A stretch of 64,000 nucleotides of DNA from Podarcis cretensis (Eukaryota). Within the stretch, counting starts at the first letter, position 1, and each line of letters opens with the position of its first letter. A program made the position numbers and the translations under genes. This document shows, piece by piece, positions 24,841 through 64,000 of the stretch. The stretch is from the NCBI GenBank assembly GCA_951804945.1, contig OX638149.1:61876001-61940000 (forward strand), in the 5' to 3' direction. The notes beneath the pieces were generated by a model that made no database searches, had not been told where the DNA came from, and worked only from the letters and a program-made list of their open reading frames with translations.

Positions 24841-25030
24841 AATGATTTATCAAGCTCGTATTATCAAGAAAATGTCATACGAAGGGCACCTTGCTATGCA
24901 CTGACGCAAACCCAGTCTTTCCCACGGAGGTATAGAAAGCTTTGGTCTTGCCGGAGCAAAACCCAGTCTACCCATTTTGCCTGTGCTGCTGTTTTTACCT
25001 CTGCGGGTTCTATCTGATGCTACTTTAGAC

Positions 25031-63414
<38,384 letters not shown>

Positions 63415-63504
63415 TAGTACATCTTTGATTAATTTTTAACGTAACTGGTTACAAGCAGGAGCCTAGCACATACCCAAGGTTTTCAGGCAAAATAAACATA
63501 CAGG

Positions 63505-63595
63505 CAGTACACTTGTATGCATGTCTGCTCAGAAATAAATCCGACTGAGTTCAGAGGGACTTAGTCCCAGGTAAGTGTGTGTAGGATTAGAGCCA
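63505..63595. repeat. About 90-bp hairpin repeat family (other copies near 8210, 10920, 23240, 23900, 27490, 36820, 37920, 44408, 56150)
   Basis: Recurrent consensus atgcatgtctactcagaagtaagtcccactgagttcaatgggacttactcccaggtaagtgtgtataggattgcagc. Confidence 0.7.
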
Positions 63596-64000
63596 AAACT
63601 GATTTTGAGGTTAAACCCCAGTACTAGAATTGACCTCAGTGAAAATATGTCACAGCAGGAGCCATACAGAAGTTAATTACCACATTCAAGTTGCCTAGAC
63701 CTGTAGAGAGAGTGACCCACATACTGCAACCAAACTTGAGCAAAAGTGGAGGTTTTCACTTCATGGAAGGGGCTAGACAGTGGTTCCCAAACCCCCTTCG
63801 TTCCATGGACCACCTGAAAATTGTTGAGGGTCTTAATTATTTCCCCCCTGTTGTATTGGTTTTACCCATCCTTACTTGCTATATGCTGTATTGGTTTTAC
63901 CCATCCTTACTTGGTGTCTCTCAATGATACCACTCATATTGAGAGTATCTAGGCTGCTGAGGAGGAAAGAAGACTTCTGTTTCAAGGGAGGGGGAGAGAG

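Overview
Eukaryotic genomic DNA from a squamate reptile, probably a lacertid lizard (inferred from the SINE/MITE repertoire). The window holds the last coding exon of PRMT3 (317-426, +). About 24.6 kb downstream lie coding exons 1-11 of SLC6A5/GlyT2, the neuronal glycine transporter (ATG at 25031, exon 11 ends at 63363, +; the gene continues beyond the window). All ten introns are GT-AG with consistent phases, giving 571 codons. A roughly 13 kb CpG-rich domain covers the SLC6A5 5' end and contains a near-canonical REST/RE1 site. The most unexpected structure is a putative spliced, polyadenylated antisense transcript running head-to-head from the SLC6A5 promoter (- strand, about 24700 to 21390); one splice path gives a 211-aa ORF I do not recognise. 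Other items of note are a possible in-frame 42-nt cassette exon before exon 8, substitutions at pharmacologically studied GlyT2 positions, and an internally deleted arthropod-type Tc1/mariner transposon. The remainder is SINEs, LINE fragments, solo LTRs, MITEs and microsatellites. Coordinates were counted by hand, and comparisons with human proteins are from memory, not from a database search.
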